A DNA stretch of 52,774 bases, filler included, from Bipalium vagum (GCA_037834085.1; 3 parts of 3 records of this genome joined end to end with filler, not necessarily neighbours in it), one strand, 5' to 3'. Positions 12,561 to 27,352 are shown, counted from the whole stretch's first letter. A program made the numbers and translations. Notes: a model not told the origin generated them from the sequence alone.

Positions 12561-14949
12561 TTGCCTCATTGTATTTTGTTATCAATAAAAATTGTACTTT
12601 GTTTTCAACTTAAGAATAGGAGCTTCAAACCAAAACTGAAAAACTTATAAAATAATTTTATATTAAATTTCATTTTCATTTATTTTTAAGAACTTAATTG
12701 TGAAGTTTAATTTCAATTAACGAAACATATTAATTGAATCATTTTAATATTTTACGTTAAAAGTTGTAGTAAATAAAGGTAAATAATTAACTTAAAATTT
12801 TAAAAAATTTCTGTAACTGTTACTAATCGATAATGTAGAATAGAAAAAAATCTTAAGTTTAAATATCTTTTAAAATCAATTTTTCCATAAATATAATTTA
12901 ATAAATACCAACGCAAAGTTGTGTATTTAACTTTTTAGTTGTATACCTTTGTTTAATAATTAAACAACTTTATATATTCATGAATTTTAAAAATCATCAC
13001 TCAAATAAAATATAAAATATTCTCTAATAATAATCAATAATTTTATATTATTTGTCAGATTTGTTAGATATCATTTTGCAATACAAATTATTTTTTTTTT
13101 ATCATTATTATTATTGATTAAAATAGTTACTTGCAAAATACTACCTCAGATTTATTATATAAAATATTAGTAAAATTTTGAGTAATGATAAACGATTTCT
13201 TTAACAATTTCATTATAATTACTTTAAATATATTAATTTTATTATTAGAAAATTAAGTATGGTTAGAGAAATATCAAAAAATCATCTTCAATTTATTTTT
13301 TTACATTAGCTTAATAAGAAATCTTTTAATTTTTTGAAAACCATTTAATAAGTAAACTTGAATAATTAATTGAAGAAACTTTTAGAAATTTTTCTGTAAA
13401 TTTTTACTAATCGATAATACAGTGAAAATTTAAAAATAATATTATATTATTAAAAATTCAGAAGTCGTTTTACCTACTAGATAATTATTATATATTCAAT
13501 ATTAAATTCATTTTTATTTTTATTTAGTAACTGAACAACATCTTGTAATTAAATATTATTCATTTACTTGCTTATAAGACGTTTTCATTATGAAAAGTCC
13601 GATTGTGTAATAAACAAAATAATAATAAAATATTTTATTAAAATATGCAACATTGGATTCTACACATTTTCCCCATCTATATACTAATTTCCGAATCCCA
13701 TTCGCGTAAAAATCTGAATTTCTGGAGTCCAGGAATTCGGATATGGAGATTGATTAGTGACGGTTGTTTAATGGATAATTTTTAATTAATATAAAGTTAT
13801 TAAAATCCCAGTTTCTGATTTGTATTTGATACTGTCGCCTTTAATTCTATTTTGTTTAAAAAATTGTTATATAAAAATATTCAAATCAATAAAAAGAAAC
13901 TTACTTTATTAAGCGCTCTTTCCATGATACTTTAAGATTCTTTTTTATTATATATACTTTCATATTCTCATTTTTATGTTCCCATAATTAAAAAAGTTAA
14001 AATAATTAATAATTATTTTTTCTGAATCCTCTTAACGAGTAGAATTCTTTAGAAATTGTAGTTGGTTTATATCAACTATTTTAAGTTGCGTGGTTTCCAA
14101 TAAACTTAAACTGAGTTTGACATCTAATTATCTCTCACAATCCCTTACAACATTAAAATGTTAACTCTCCATGATCAGAATAAGATATATTTTAAAACAT
14201 TGGAAATCTTATTAAAAAGATTTAGTTACTTTAATTTGTACAACTTTCAGGGAATATTTTATCATTAATTTTTTATAATATTACATAATATACCAAAAAT
14301 AAAGACACGTCATTTACTAAAAATAAAAAATCAAATCTCTGAGAAAATCCGAACAATATTAACAGAAATAATTATAAGTTCGTTTCATATCTTCTCTATT
14401 ACTTACAGTTATTAGTAGTTGAACATTTAAAAATTGTCACTTTAGAAATTATTTATCGAAATCAAAATAACTTAAAAATAAAAAAATTTATTCTTGGTAA
14501 AATTTAGCTAAAGTTTTTAAAACTTAAAAATGTTAATTATTTCTTGAATTATTTATTCGTTAAAACAAAATTAAAACAAATCATAAATAACTTAAATCAC
14601 AAATAAAAAAATTATTTATTTTCATTCGTAATTATCTTAAATATCACTAATTTAATAAAAAAACTATACCTATTACACAGTCATTCTTACACCAATTTAA
14701 AAATTTTATAAGAATAAAAATAATTAGTACAATTTTCACCCCATTGTCCTTGTACCACTGCAGAGATTTATTGGAGTAATGGCATGAATCAAGGTCAGAG
14801 TTTGAAGCTAAAAATAGTTTTTTGTGTTTTTGTAAATGTCTGAGTTCATTATGCCCTTGGAAGCGTAAGTTTTGCTTTTACGGCCAGATGAGCAAATAGC
14901 CTGCCAGACCAGATTAATAATTACGAAATGTGAGATGGCGATAAAAAGG

Positions 14950-16005
14950 TAATAGGTGTAGCAGGTAATTCTGCCGAATTTTTTTAAAAACAAAATGCAT
15001 TTATTTCAATGATACAAAAAATATTTATATTATACATATTTTCCATCGTAGGTTATAACATGGGTCCAAATTACTGATAAGTTCGGAATGTCATTATAAA
15101 AGAAATTTTTTTCTTTAGAAAAAATACATTCATCAATCTAAAATATGATTTCATCATATTTGCGAAATCGCCGTTCGAACAGTTCATGTGCTATAGATCT
15201 AAATAAATGGAAATCAGGTGGTGCATGAGGTAAGACTTCTCATCCAAATTCTTTACATGTATCCTTGACTGAATTTGCTAAATGAGATAGATTATCGTCA
15301 TTTAACAGAATAACTTTCCCGTGTCTCTTGTCCCATTCAGGTCGTTTCTGCTTCAATGCCATGTTCATTTGAATCAATTGCTGCTTGTGAGTCATTTATC
15401 TCACCATTGTTTAATAACTCATAGAAGACCACACTTCTATAGTCCCACCAGATACACAACAAATCCTTCGAATGAATAGTTGGCTTGGCAGTCGAAGTTT
15501 AGGGATGGCCGGGATCAATGAATGATTTCTTTGGATTCTCAAAATAAATCCATTTTTCATCGCTTGTAACAATACGATGCAGAAACAGTTCTCTTCGGTA
15601 CCTTTCCTAAAAATTCACAGGTTATTTTCATACTGCTTTCATTCAATTCATGAGGCATCCATTTTCCTTTGACTTGAATTTTTTCCATACCGTGTAGTCG
15701 ATTGGAAATGGCGTACTGAGACATTTCAAGTTTGGTAGCAAGTTTTTATAGAGTTTGCGTATTATCCTGGGCTAATAAATCTTCTAATTCTGCATCTTTA
15801 ATTTTTTTGGTTGACCTAAGCATTCCCTATCTTTGAGATCATAATCTTCTGCTCGGAATCTCATAAACTAGCGTTCGCAAGTGTCTACCGATAGACCATC
15901 ATAAGTTTCTCGAAGTAGGATACAGCTTTTTGCAGCGGTTTTTTTAAATTGAATAACAATAGCATAGAATACCGTAAATGTGGTTTCATTGGCTCATATA
16001 ATGAC
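14950..16005 (-). mobile_element. Near full-length decayed mariner (mauritiana/Mos1-like)
   Basis: Minus-strand motifs FLHRIVTSDEKWIYFENP, LLCIWWD, QKRPEWDKRHGKVILL, EVLPHAP..PDFHLFRS; frameshifts and deletions. Confidence 0.88.
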
Positions 16006-16078
16006 ATCCAGATTATTCAATATTTGAAAATTTGAAAATATTTTTTTTAAATGATAAAAATCATTAAATAGAGATATA

Positions 16079-16690
16079 TTAGGTTGTAACATATGAAATG
16101 TCTCAATTTAAAACTAAATTTTCTAAGCAACATATTTTTAGTAATAATTGATGAAAATTAAAGTTTGATATATCGATTTAAAGGTTAGAAATTGCTTTAT
16201 ATTATAATATCACTTGTTTAAATAATAACATATATTTAAAAGGTGAAGAAAATCCAAGTCAGACTGTGCGAGACCTAGCCAAAGTGTTTGGCGTATCGTC
16301 ATCAATAGGAAATCAATAGGAAATCAATAGGAAAAATTAAAAAGCTCGACGAATGGGTCCCACATTCGTTAAACAATTTTCAAATAGAATTCCATAATGA
16401 TATGTGCCCATTTTTGCATTACATTTTCACTTGTGATGAAAAGTGGGTACTATATAATAATCAACGACGCTCAGCTCAATGGTTAAATGTCAGTGAACCT
16501 CCTCGTCACATGCCGAAGCTCGATTTGCACCAAAAGAAAATAATGATCACTGTTTGGTGGTCTATGGGTGGAGTAATACATTTTTCATTTATAGATCTAG
16601 GTGACACCATAACAGTCGACAATACTGTACAGAACTGGAACAAGTGCACCGGAAATTAATTATCAAACATCCTGCAATGACTAACAGATT
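16079..16690 (+). mobile_element. Mariner 5' TIR plus central transposase fragment (cecropia-like)
   Basis: TA|TTAGGTTGTAACATATGAAAT terminus; KLDEWVPHSL, TCDEKWVLYNNQRRSAQWL, LHQKKIMITVWWS; 11-bp ATCAATAGGAA triplication at 16301-16333. Confidence 0.88.
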
Positions 16691-17790
16691 AAAATAAATA
16701 TAAAATTTAAATTTAAAAATAATCTTTTGTTTATAATATTAATATGACAAACCTCTCAGGTAATCCTCTTTAAATTTTGATAGAATATAATTATTTGTTT
16801 TAACCACCCATAAAAAGACCAGTATCATTATATGTTGAACATCCGATATATCACCATTTATACATTATAGTCACAAAAATCAATTATCTCGATTTTTGGT
16901 CTTTTGATCGTTTTTTTATTTTTAAGTCTCTGGTACTCTGGTTTCTTGTACTTTTGATGTTGGGATTCTTCACAGATGTATGTATATCATTGCATAAAAT
17001 ATTTTTTCTATTGTCATTTTACCATTTCCCATTTATAGCAGATATAACGAGATTTATCAAAATCCTGTTGTATAATTTTTAGATATTTACTTATTTCGAA
17101 GACTTCTTTTAATGAAAAGAAAATTTTGAAAATTTTTTTTACTTAGAAAAAAATTCTTAATTTAGAAATGTAATTGTAATGAAACTTGATTATTTACCTG
17201 AAATGTGCTGATCAACTTACTTGTATTATTCAATAATGATAGATACAAAGACCACTTAAGCTTTATAATTTTTAATTTTGGTCGTGATAGATGCACCGTT
17301 CTCATAGTTGAAATACCGATCTTCATTAAATTTATTTGATTGTATCAATATAAGAAAACAATATGTAACGTTACTGTTCATTCATAATATGCAATCTAAC
17401 CAAATGAACTGAACTTTATGAAAAATATTATGAAAACCTGATTTTATTCAATTGTGATAAGTAAAACAAAATTTATAAGAGAAATATATAATTATTATCA
17501 AATTGAATTCTCAATTAAAACAAAATTATTGAATATCCTTTACTTAGGCCATATGAAAGGAAAATATTCTTGTTAATAAAAATTCCCGTCTTTTACAGTA
17601 AAAAGATCTTAGTTAATTGATAATTACCGGAAATTAATACTTTGATTGATGAATAGAAACCCGACTCGATTTTTCGTTGAAAATTTATATTTACTTTTTA
17701 AAATAAATTACATTAAATATTTTTATTATTTAAATTAATATAAATAAACCCATGCATTTTTTTCATATTTCACTATCAATTTTAATAATA

Positions 17791-18714
17791 CAGTGAACTC
17801 GCGATGTAATAAACTTTTTTGGTAACAAATATTTTTAAAAATTAAATTATATAAAATTAAAGTTGATTATATCGAAAAAAAATAACAAAAATTTTATATG
17901 ATAAATAATGAAATGAAAAAGGTAACCAACTTGAATACATAAAAATTTATTTTATTAATACATCTTCAAGGTTATGGATATTTAATATTCAGTATCTTCT
18001 CATGTAATCTTCTCAATAATACCAACTCCTGAATCAATAACTAACTATATTCTCACCATTCGATAATCAAATTATGAGAATCTAGAACACGATTGATATC
18101 AAAAGGATTAACATTATTAAAATATTTATCATTCAAATTATTCTCAATAATCTCTTCATTGGAAATATGTATTTGGGACTTTTCATTGCTACCTTCAACT
18201 CATTCTAACACATCTTTTCGTTAAAATTGTCAATACCTGCTAATTTACTGAATAAATCCTTTAAAAAATTTTATTGTTTGTCTAACATGTTAGTCAAATG
18301 GCTGTAAATATCGTGTGAGATTGGGAGGGAAATATAAGATAGCGAAACCTTCAACATCATAAATAGCATAATCATATTACTATGACAAATCTCGTTATCA
18401 ACTAAGATTAATGCTTTCTGTGTTATATTTGATTATTTTAAGTGCATCTTAACATGGGGAATAAATTGAAGGTCTCTTGTTTTGTAATATTTAGCCTAAA
18501 ATTTAAAATATTCCACTAAAATAAATAAATAATTTTAAAATTAAAAACTTTTATTGGACCTCAAATTCCGACAATAAAAAAAATAATATTTAAACAAAAT
18601 TTATTAAAAATAGTTTCTTATAACAAATTTTTTTAATTAAAAAGATTGATAATATCGTAGGATGATTATATCAAAAGTTTCTTATATCACGGTTTTTATA
18701 TCGGGAGTTGACTG
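17791..18714 (-). mobile_element. Non-autonomous pogo/Tigger-like element (924 bp)
   Basis: TIRs CAGTGAACTCGCGATGTAA vs CAGTCAACTCCCGATATAA, TA flanks, subterminal TTATATCR repeats, residual YFPPNLTRYLQPFD motif on the minus strand (~18290-18335). Confidence 0.85.
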
Positions 18715-19790
18715 TAATTAATTATTACTATACTCTCGCGTTAATTTGTTTTTAAAACAAAACATTAGACTTAAAATATAGACCAATTAAACCTTTATCT
18801 TAAATATTATCGGTTTTTACTTGTCCTCTATTTATTTTATTAAAATGAAATATATTTATTCAAACATAATTAATATCATTAATATATGTTAAACATATTG
18901 AAATCAGTCTCCAGTAGAGTCTGAGACATTTAACAAATGAACGCAAAATCTTTATTAATTGTAATAGACATCCATTTCATTTTCAATAAAGCCCGTACTG
19001 AATATTCTTTTATTACTCCAGAGAGAAACAAAACCAAGCTATTGTAGATAAGAATTCAATACTAACCATAACTTCATTTCGCAGAGAAAAAGTTACATTT
19101 TTCCATTAAAATGATCGATAATCTCCTCTTGAATCGAAAATCAAATATGTTTTTATTTGTTTTAAACAGTTTTTCACTGATAATATATATCTGATAAGCT
19201 TTTTATAAGAATTGAAAGTAAAATTCTGAACAGCATAATATTCAGCTAAATTTTCGAATTTAATTTTCTTTCTGAGATTATTAATTTGTTTTCAACATTT
19301 TTCATGCCAAATTAACTAAAAATATTAATAAATTAATTAACTTTTTCTCAATTTCCATGGTTACATTTGAGAGAAAAATTGTAGATTAAAATGTTATTAT
19401 AGACGAATTCTGAAAGAAAATTTATTTTTTTATCTGAGAAAGTAATCTATACATCTGATATTCACATTGGATATTAGGAAAATAAATAATTTTGTCAACG
19501 GTTTAATTAAGTTGGGCAATAATTTATATTTTATCGGCAATTTTCTTTAAGATGGGAATTATCATAATGTTATATTTTGAAAGATAATTAGTTTTTGTTT
19601 CATGTTCTTCCATGATAAATTGCAAAGAATATTCCCCGTATATTATTGAGTCCCTTTTGGTATTATCAATTTTTTAGTTTAAAAATATTATCATTATTAT
19701 TTATTGGAAAATATCTTCATTTTTGATATACTGTTTTTCATATTTATTTACGTGTTTCCTGTTATAATTCTATTAAATTCGATATATTTA

Positions 19791-20445
19791 CAGTATACTG
19801 ACAATAAAATAAGTAACTTTTGTAACGTAAATTATTGTGTTCAAAACTTACGCAATAATTCTTGCAATTTTATAATCTGTCACATGCAAATGGAAAACAA
19901 ATGTGAAATTATGTTTCAAGTTAAAAATATATAATACTGGGTAAAAAATGTACTGTTTTTAGTCTATTATTGTCGATTTTTGTGTAAATAAAGAGACTAA
20001 TAAAATGACCTTCAACTGATTTTATTTATAAATATTTGAAAAATTGAGAATATCATTAATCAGCAGTAAGTAATACTTTGTTTTAAAACATGTTTCGTAG
20101 ATATTTTAAAATTTTAGAATTATTATTATTCTGCGAAATAGAGGCAAACCTATACCACAAAAAATTCGCGATAAGATTGTATATTTCAGAGAAAATAAAA
20201 TGCCTTTGAAAAATGTTGCAGAAAAAACTAATCTTTGTGTTTCCATAATCAATTCCAGCATAAGGTATTATTCAAAAACTGGAACAACAGCTAGCAATCT
20301 GAAGCTTGGGATAACGCGGTACACGTCGGATAGGCAAGACCGAGACATTGAAAGAAAGATTCTTATTAATAGACGGTTTTCTGTACATAAATTAAAAGAA
20401 GAATTAAAAATCAACGTATTGTTAAGTTTTTGCCTAAAAGGTTGA
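19791..20445 (+). mobile_element. Tc1-like element, 5' part with HTH DNA-binding region
   Basis: TA|CAGT terminus; RGKPIPQKIRDKIVYF...YYSKTGT...TSDRQDRDIERKILINRRFS. Confidence 0.7.
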
Positions 20446-20901
20446 TTTCACAAGAACTTAACAAGATATAGACTCTCAGAAGGATTTACGGGCGAACGTT
20501 TGGAACACTACTATCACAATAAAAATAAAAAAAAATCGATCACTATATAAATGACTGAGATAACACGTTTTAATAGCAAAATCTTTAATATAAATTATGA
20601 TTTACAAGTTCAGATTACAATGAAGTATTTAGATTTGTGATGAGCACCAAAAATCTTTAATCACAGGCTTGGCCTAATGAGTTAAAGCCCTTAGAACGTT
20701 TACCAGGTATCGGCTGTGCAAACGTGAAAAATAAAAAGAAGAAATAGGAACAAATATAAAATTTAGTTGATCGATGACAAGTGTCACGTATTTACTTTGA
20801 AGAAATTTATTAATTAAGAAAGTAACGTCAATCTACAAAGATTGCGCAACTAAGAATATGATTATATAATTAATTTAAATTTTATGTCAACGCTTCTGTT
20901 C

Positions 20902-21001
20902 NNNNNNNNNNNNNNNNNNNNNNNNNNNNNNNNNNNNNNNNNNNNTTAATTAATTAANNNNNNNNNNNNNNNNNNNNNNNNNNNNNNNNNNNNNNNNNNN
21001 N
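20902..21001. other. Scaffolding gap with artificial spacer (44 N + TTAATTAATTAA + 44 N)
   Basis: Exactly 100 bp; the spacer at 20946-20957 gives TAA stops in all six frames; identical layout at 36997-37096. Confidence 0.97.
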
Positions 21002-21466
21002 TTACTGATTGTTTTGATTTGCACCACCTAAGATTTTGGAGTCAGGTTAAATTTGATACCCTAAATATTGAACAATATGAAATCAAAAATAAAATTTGAT
21101 AAATTCGATTATGTACCATTTTTCGTATCAGAATACTCAAAATTAATAATGTATGACTTTGTATATAATTGTCATATCAATGCTTGTGAAAAATATTTTT
21201 CATGCAAAGTAATAAATAAAGTCACTCTTACCTGCATCATAGTTATATATATGTGCTCATATAGAAACGATGTGTAATTATGTGTTTTACAAACAATTTA
21301 TAATAAAAGATGACCTTTATTCAAATAATACGTAACGTATTGTTCAATAAATATTTTATTGGACAATGTTTTTACGCATTATAATTTATGCAGTATATTT
21401 AAATTTTTAGGCATTTATAATTATAATTATTCGTATTAATATTACATTTACATTTTAGATATAATT

Positions 21467-21720
21467 ATGAGACATGAATTGCAACACCAACTAGCGAAAA
21501 GATTAAGAAATGAGAATGAGTTATATATTAAAATTGGCAAGATTATTAGCCTTTCTAGACATGTTGTTAAATATTTAAATGTGTATGAAAAAGTTAAAAA
21601 TCCTGAAAAAAGAGATATAAACCCGTTTTGCGAAATTCTAAAAAATTACTTATAGAAAGAAAAATTTCAACTTAAAGAAACGATAGCCAAAAAAATAGCC
21701 AGATAAATGGATAACATATT
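21467..21720 (+). mobile_element. Tc1-like transposase N-terminal fragment
   Basis: LAKRLRNENELYIKIGKIISLSRHVVKYLNVYEKVKNPEKR resembles the paired-like HTH of Tc1 transposases; frame breaks afterwards. Confidence 0.5.
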
Positions 21721-21877
21721 GTCAAAAAAGAGAAAAGAAACGTACTTAGTCAAAATTGTCAAAATGCTTATCTAATTATTAAAAGAAATAAAACCTATGA
21801 TTCTGATGATTCCCTAAAAAAGGATATTGTAAACTTTTTTATTCTAGGAATTCAGATCTTTACCGTTCTGGTATATA

Positions 21878-21954
21878 CAAGGTGTGTCAAAAGTAACGCA
21901 AAATCTTCTATTTCATTTTAATCGAAAATTTTGGGTTACTTTTGATACATCCTG
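21878..21954. mobile_element. 77-bp MITE of the Tc1/mariner superfamily
   Basis: 27-bp TIRs CAAGGTGTGTCAAAAGTAACGCAAAAT vs CAGGATGTATCAAAAGTAACCCAAAAT; TA flanks at 21876-21877 and 21955-21956. Confidence 0.85.
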
Positions 21955-22721
21955 TATAAATTTGCTAATTTATGGCAAAAATATTGATTCTGATGGAAGT
22001 TGATTCGTTTAATAAAGTTGATTTTAAGGATCTCAATACAAATAGCTGCAGCATTTTGATTTTGTTTTAAATGACTTATTTAAAATCAAATAATATAAAT
22101 TTTTAGATTTACTTTTGTTACTATATAGTATGTTAATTAAATAAAATCTATAAAACCCTCCGCTAAGAAAAAAACACTCTGTAAGTCTGGATTCTAAAAA
22201 ATTGCATAATGTAAGAAATATTAAATTTATAAATACAAAAATTATCTTGACAAAAAACCAGCAGTGAAATCGAAGCTTAACCAATAATTGATATCAGGAC
22301 TTCAAATTTTGATTATTAGTATTAATATTATTTTCTTATAGATAATAGAATTTTAAAATTTGCATAGTTAAATTTCCTAATTTTAGTTACATACTTCTAA
22401 TTACATTTAAAATTAATCAGAGGAAAATATTGGAAGCTTATAAAATTTTATATTTTAATATAAACTATTAAAATTTTAGTGTTTTAAACGTATTTAATGT
22501 GTGATATTTACAAAAATGGGAGGTCAAAGTAAACTATAACGTTAATAACATTCAAAATATAAATTTATATCAATAGGAATAGAAAAATTTGATGCAACAT
22601 CGTCGCTCAGCCAAATGCCCTCATATTATCTTTAGACTTCTTGGTTTGATTAAGTGAAAATAAAGTATGTTTTAGCATTAAATTTGATATTAATTATAAA
22701 GAAGCTTAGTATCATTTAATA

Positions 22722-22800
22722 CTTCTAAACATAAATCAAATTATATCTTTTTACATATTTTTTTTATGTAGAAAGATATAATTTGATTTATGTTTAGAAG
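22722..22800. repeat. 36-bp inverted repeat with 7-nt T loop
   Basis: Arms 22722-22757 and 22765-22800 are reverse complements at 35/36 positions. Confidence 0.95.
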
Positions 22801-23353
22801 CTTATTCATTTAAATTAGAAAATTCATTTTTAAAAACTAGTATTGAATGATTGTTTTGGTATAACTTAATTTTAATGAAACTTAGATTGAAATTATAATA
22901 ATTTTTTATTTTGTACTAATGCAGTTTGCAAATAATTTCGATAGACCTCAAAAATATCGAAATAATTTGGTCAAGATTTGGTATTTTATGTAATTAAAGT
23001 TAATTAAAGGAAAAGTTTATTATTAAGTTTCGGAAAATTAATTAATTTTTAATTATTTCTCATTTATTTTCTAATTGTCTCAATTCAGCTAAAATACCTT
23101 TTGGTTACTATTCATTTTTATTTTTAAGTAGAGCTCTCATTTGATTACTTTTGTGAATGTTGAAAATTTTATTTTAATATCTAAATTTTTGTTACATTAT
23201 TGCCTCCGTTGTCATCAGGTTCTTACTTTTTTTACAAAAACATAGCATAGAATGTATTATGTTTTAATCAATTAAATTAATCTTTTAAATAAGAACCCTT
23301 AATTCATTTTTAATTCGATAGAAATAATTTTAAGTTAAAATATTGATATAGGC

Positions 23354-25400
23354 CAGGGCTGGGAAAACTGCTATCTGTAGGCCACCAGAGTAAATACGTG
23401 CACATTTATATGGAGACCTTATGTAGCTATCAATTTTTTTCGATTATAATTTTCTCTAGAATCGATTAGTGATCAATAATTATTAAGATTAAGTTTTATA
23501 ATAATATAATTAAATAATAAGTATTGGTGTACTGTTTGATATCGCCTAAATCGCTTATATTCTAGTTAAATTTTAAATAATAAAACCAAAGTAAAATATT
23601 AATTATTAATATTCCTCATTTGTAAAAGAGGGACGTCAGGCTCTAGAGAAAAAATTACGTTTTTGTTTGTATATTGATTAATTAAACAAGTTTGGGTATA
23701 TTTGAATTATATTATTGAGTTTTACATTTTTAACTAAATTTTAAAGTTTATTTAATCAAGAGTGATATCAAAAAGATTGATAATGAATATCGTATTTTTA
23801 ATGATGAGCAAACTGCTAAATATTGCTTCACGGACTTTTAGAGCAATGCAGCCTGGTTACTGTGCTGTGAATGCGTAAGCGTTTTTAAAATTACAACCTA
23901 AAAAGGCATCAAAAAACAATATTTTGGTTTGGGTCACAATTTAACGAACGAAGAGAGAAAAATGAAATATAATTTTTAAAAGCAGCATCAGTTTTAACCA
24001 TATAATCTTTAATACAAGTTGCTGCAAACGAAACCAATTGGTGAGGTCCCATAAGAATTTAAAATGGATTACACCATTTTCTAACAGTGAGTTCATCAAA
24101 GATTACTTGTTCGATGTAGCAATTTGTTATGTTTCCACAACAGAAAATCAAATTTGATAGTACTTCTTTATTAAGAAATGTGAACAGGCTTGTAGAAAAT
24201 ATAAGAGACAATTTAATGCTCAAACTTTTAGATTCAGTCAAAGACTTTATGGTACTATGGAAAGTAACTATGTAGAAAACTTTGTTAATAGTTATATACG
24301 GAATAAGTTCCTTACGGAAGAGTTCCTTAGTGCTTAGTCACTCAAAGATAACCACGGAAATTCAATACCATTGATAATTGTCTTGAAAGAATTGATTACT
24401 GTGGAACAAAATGATAAGTGTAACTACAGGTGAAGTGATCGCTTTGACTGGGAAAAATGTAGGTCTGGTTAAGTTGATGAATAATAAGATTAAAAAGTAT
24501 ATCCTGAAAATACATATTTACCTATCCAATGTGTCATCTATCAGGAATATCTGTGTAAAGCAGTATTGAATAGGAAGCATGTTATTGACAATTGTCAATG
24601 TGATATACATCATCGAAAGAAGAACACTTAAGCACGGCAGTTAAAAGCAATTCTTGATGAGATGAAAATTATGATATAATTTACCACAGCAGTGGTAAAT
24701 AAAGCTTTGGAAAGGTATTGAGACGAGGGTTGGATCTCAAAAAAGAAATAATTATGTTCCTTGAGTTGAAGGTATTCATTATGATTTTGTTACTAGCATT
24801 GTTAATAGAGATTGGCAGTTAGACTTTATTTTTGCCATTAACATCTTAGGTTGTTTACATATGAGATCTGTGTGTATATTAATTCAATTTACCAATATAT
24901 CTCCCTGTTATCGAAGCAAGCATACGAAATAAAGTTTTACCTTTTCCTTTGCTAAAACTTTTGAACTGCCTGATGAATAAAAGGCTCAATTACTCATTTG
25001 ATTTTTTGGTTGTGGAATTTTAAACAAGGTTTCAGAAATATAACTAGTCTTCAATATCCTGAATTCTTCATTTAGTGAAGAAACTGATTTACATTACAGC
25101 AGAAATGTTAAATTCTTTTACACAGCCACATTCTGCACAAATGTCAAAACAGAAGCTCAGAGAGTTAAGTTATTGACTTTTTCCTATCTTACTATAATTC
25201 TCAAACTTCTCAACAACAAATTATCATTTTTTAACATCTCAATTAATTCTTTCAAAAGAAAGAGTTCAGTAAGGGTCACTGTTGAAAATTCTTTTCGAGT
25301 TTTTAAGCACTCTAGAACTACGACTTTTATGTTATCAGTCTAAATAAGCTTGTTTCTCGTTGGCAAAAGTGCGTTAAATCTAATAGATTTTATTTTGGCG
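23354..25400 (+). mobile_element. Decayed hAT element (Charlie/SPIN, GTF2IRD2-like transposase)
   Basis: CAGGGCTGGGAAAACT terminus after an NNNTANNN site; remnants KKIDNEYRIFN, LTGKNVGLVKL, CVIYQE.LCK, HRQLK, DFIFAINIL; right end not defined. Confidence 0.68.
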
Positions 25401-25481
25401 AATAAAGTTTGTTTTTAACAGGAAAATTTATTTTTCGCTTGGAGTTTCAACTTGAGGAATTGATTCTTTATTTTATATTTC

Positions 25482-25784
25482 TGTAAGTGTTTGGTTCGAC
25501 GTTTAATCACCAACTCCTTCAAAGGTCATGTAACAAATGAGTATTCTAAGATACGAACTAAATTAGCTAAAATCAACTGAGATAACACGATTTTTATTAC
25601 AGAAATAAATTTTCAAAACAATAAAACTCTTTCTGAGTAAATTAATTAATGTCTTCTTGGTTTTATGATAATCGAAGAAGCCCTGGTGTCAAAAATACGT
25701 ATTCTGTCGCCTATAGCGAAGCAGAATCGATTGGCAAAGAGAACAAAATCGGAAATAAGAAAATATAATAAAAAACACATTACA
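25482..25784 (-). mobile_element. Solo-LTR-like element (303 bp)
   Basis: Termini TGTAAGTGTTT...AAACACATTACA (imperfect inverted), AATAAA on the minus strand; no target duplication recognised. Confidence 0.5.
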
Positions 25785-27039
25785 GAGTATTTACTATGAA
25801 TCTGTTAAGTATTAGTTAATTAATTTATTTGACTCAAAAGAGATCGATTTATAAAATAGCATAAGCGTATTTTATTTACCATTATTTATTACCGACTGTA
25901 ACTTGTTAAGACGAAGTTAAGTACGAATTGATCTCTTGATTGGATTAAAATAAAACTTTCCATTAATAGAGTAATATGTGGGGCGTTATTTAAGGAAAGT
26001 TCTTATATTATAGAACTTACTAAATATATCCACCCACATTTTATTATTCACTCATATTAATGTATTTATAGTAAGTTTCATTTTTTGAATCATTATTATT
26101 TATCTTAAATATTTTTATTAATTTTGTGGGTTAAATTTTAATTAACTTCAACCCAAATTTATATTATTATTATTATATTTATTTATTTTAATTGCAAACA
26201 AATTTATAATTTAATTATTATTTTTTAAAATAACATAAAATTACAAAAGGAGTCCATAATAAAAGGAAAGTAAGCCTAACAAGGCTTTTTCATGCAAATT
26301 TACAAAAATTAATAAATTTTTACATGTCAATTATGAGCTGATCTTTTTCTATAGATCCCAACATTTCCATATCAATTTTTCTGCAATCGCATCATCTAAT
26401 TAAATAAATGCTTAAAAATATTACTATTTGTAAAAATTGATTGATATATGGATGGGTTCATTCTAAAAGGGTTCGGGTATCATTCCAAAAATTTGGTATT
26501 CTTACTAAAAAGTTATTAGAATTATTAATATTAATTTTTTCTTTTTAAAAAGTATTTGGTCTGAATTAATATTACATTTTATAAATCTTTTTTACCATCT
26601 ATTTTATTATCTTTTGTTCCTTACTATAAATTTTAAAAAGATAATCTTTTGAAGCAGGTAGAGCTATTTCATTTATATATTATCCAATAATTTTACCTTT
26701 TTCAATTTCTGTTAAATTTTCTAGATTTTTACCAGTCATATTTTCTATTTTTCATACTGGTTTACATTATTTTTGATCAATTTTTTATTTTAACAATAAT
26801 CATCAATGAATATTGCAGAATCAGTTATCTTGCATGACCTGTTGCATATAAGTCTATATAAATATTTATAGTTTATTAGGCTTATTATCTGGTATTTCAT
26901 CATTCAAACTTCATTTAAAATAATTTGATTTGGCTCTATTCTTCAAATATTATTTTACTCATATCTTTATAATTATTAACATATAAATTGTTAAAAATCA
27001 TCTCTCAATCCAAAATGTCTCACAGACTATTAAACAAAA

Positions 27040-27352
27040 TTTTATAAACATAAAATCTATCTCATCCGCCTTACTCACCAGACATAGTGCCACCTGACAT
27101 CCACTTGTTTCGCTCCATGCAGCATTTTCTTGCTGGACTCAATTCTTATAAAGATGTCAAAAAATGGATCGATTAATGGATTGTTTCTAAGGATCAAGAT
27201 TTCTTTTACAACGAAATCCATTCTTTGCCCGAAAGATGGGCAAAAGTCGTAGCTGCCAACGGAAAATATTTTGACTAAATAAATGTTTTCTTACTTTTAA
27301 ATAAACGACTTTATTTTCATAAAAATAAAATGGGTCTTATTTCCCATATCTA
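27040..27352 (+). mobile_element. Mariner C-terminal fragment and 3' end
   Basis: LSHPPYSPDIVPPDIHLFRSMQH...EIHSLPERWAKVVAANGKYFD*. Confidence 0.9.

Noticed and set aside
16301-16333. Direct repeats that might suggest an array
   Set aside because: Simple 11-bp tandem triplication without spacers inside a mariner relic; not CRISPR-like.
20946-20957. Palindromic TTAATTAATTAA island inside N runs (also 37041-37052)
   Set aside because: Identical 44N+12+44N layout twice and stops in all six frames: a scaffolding spacer, not biology.
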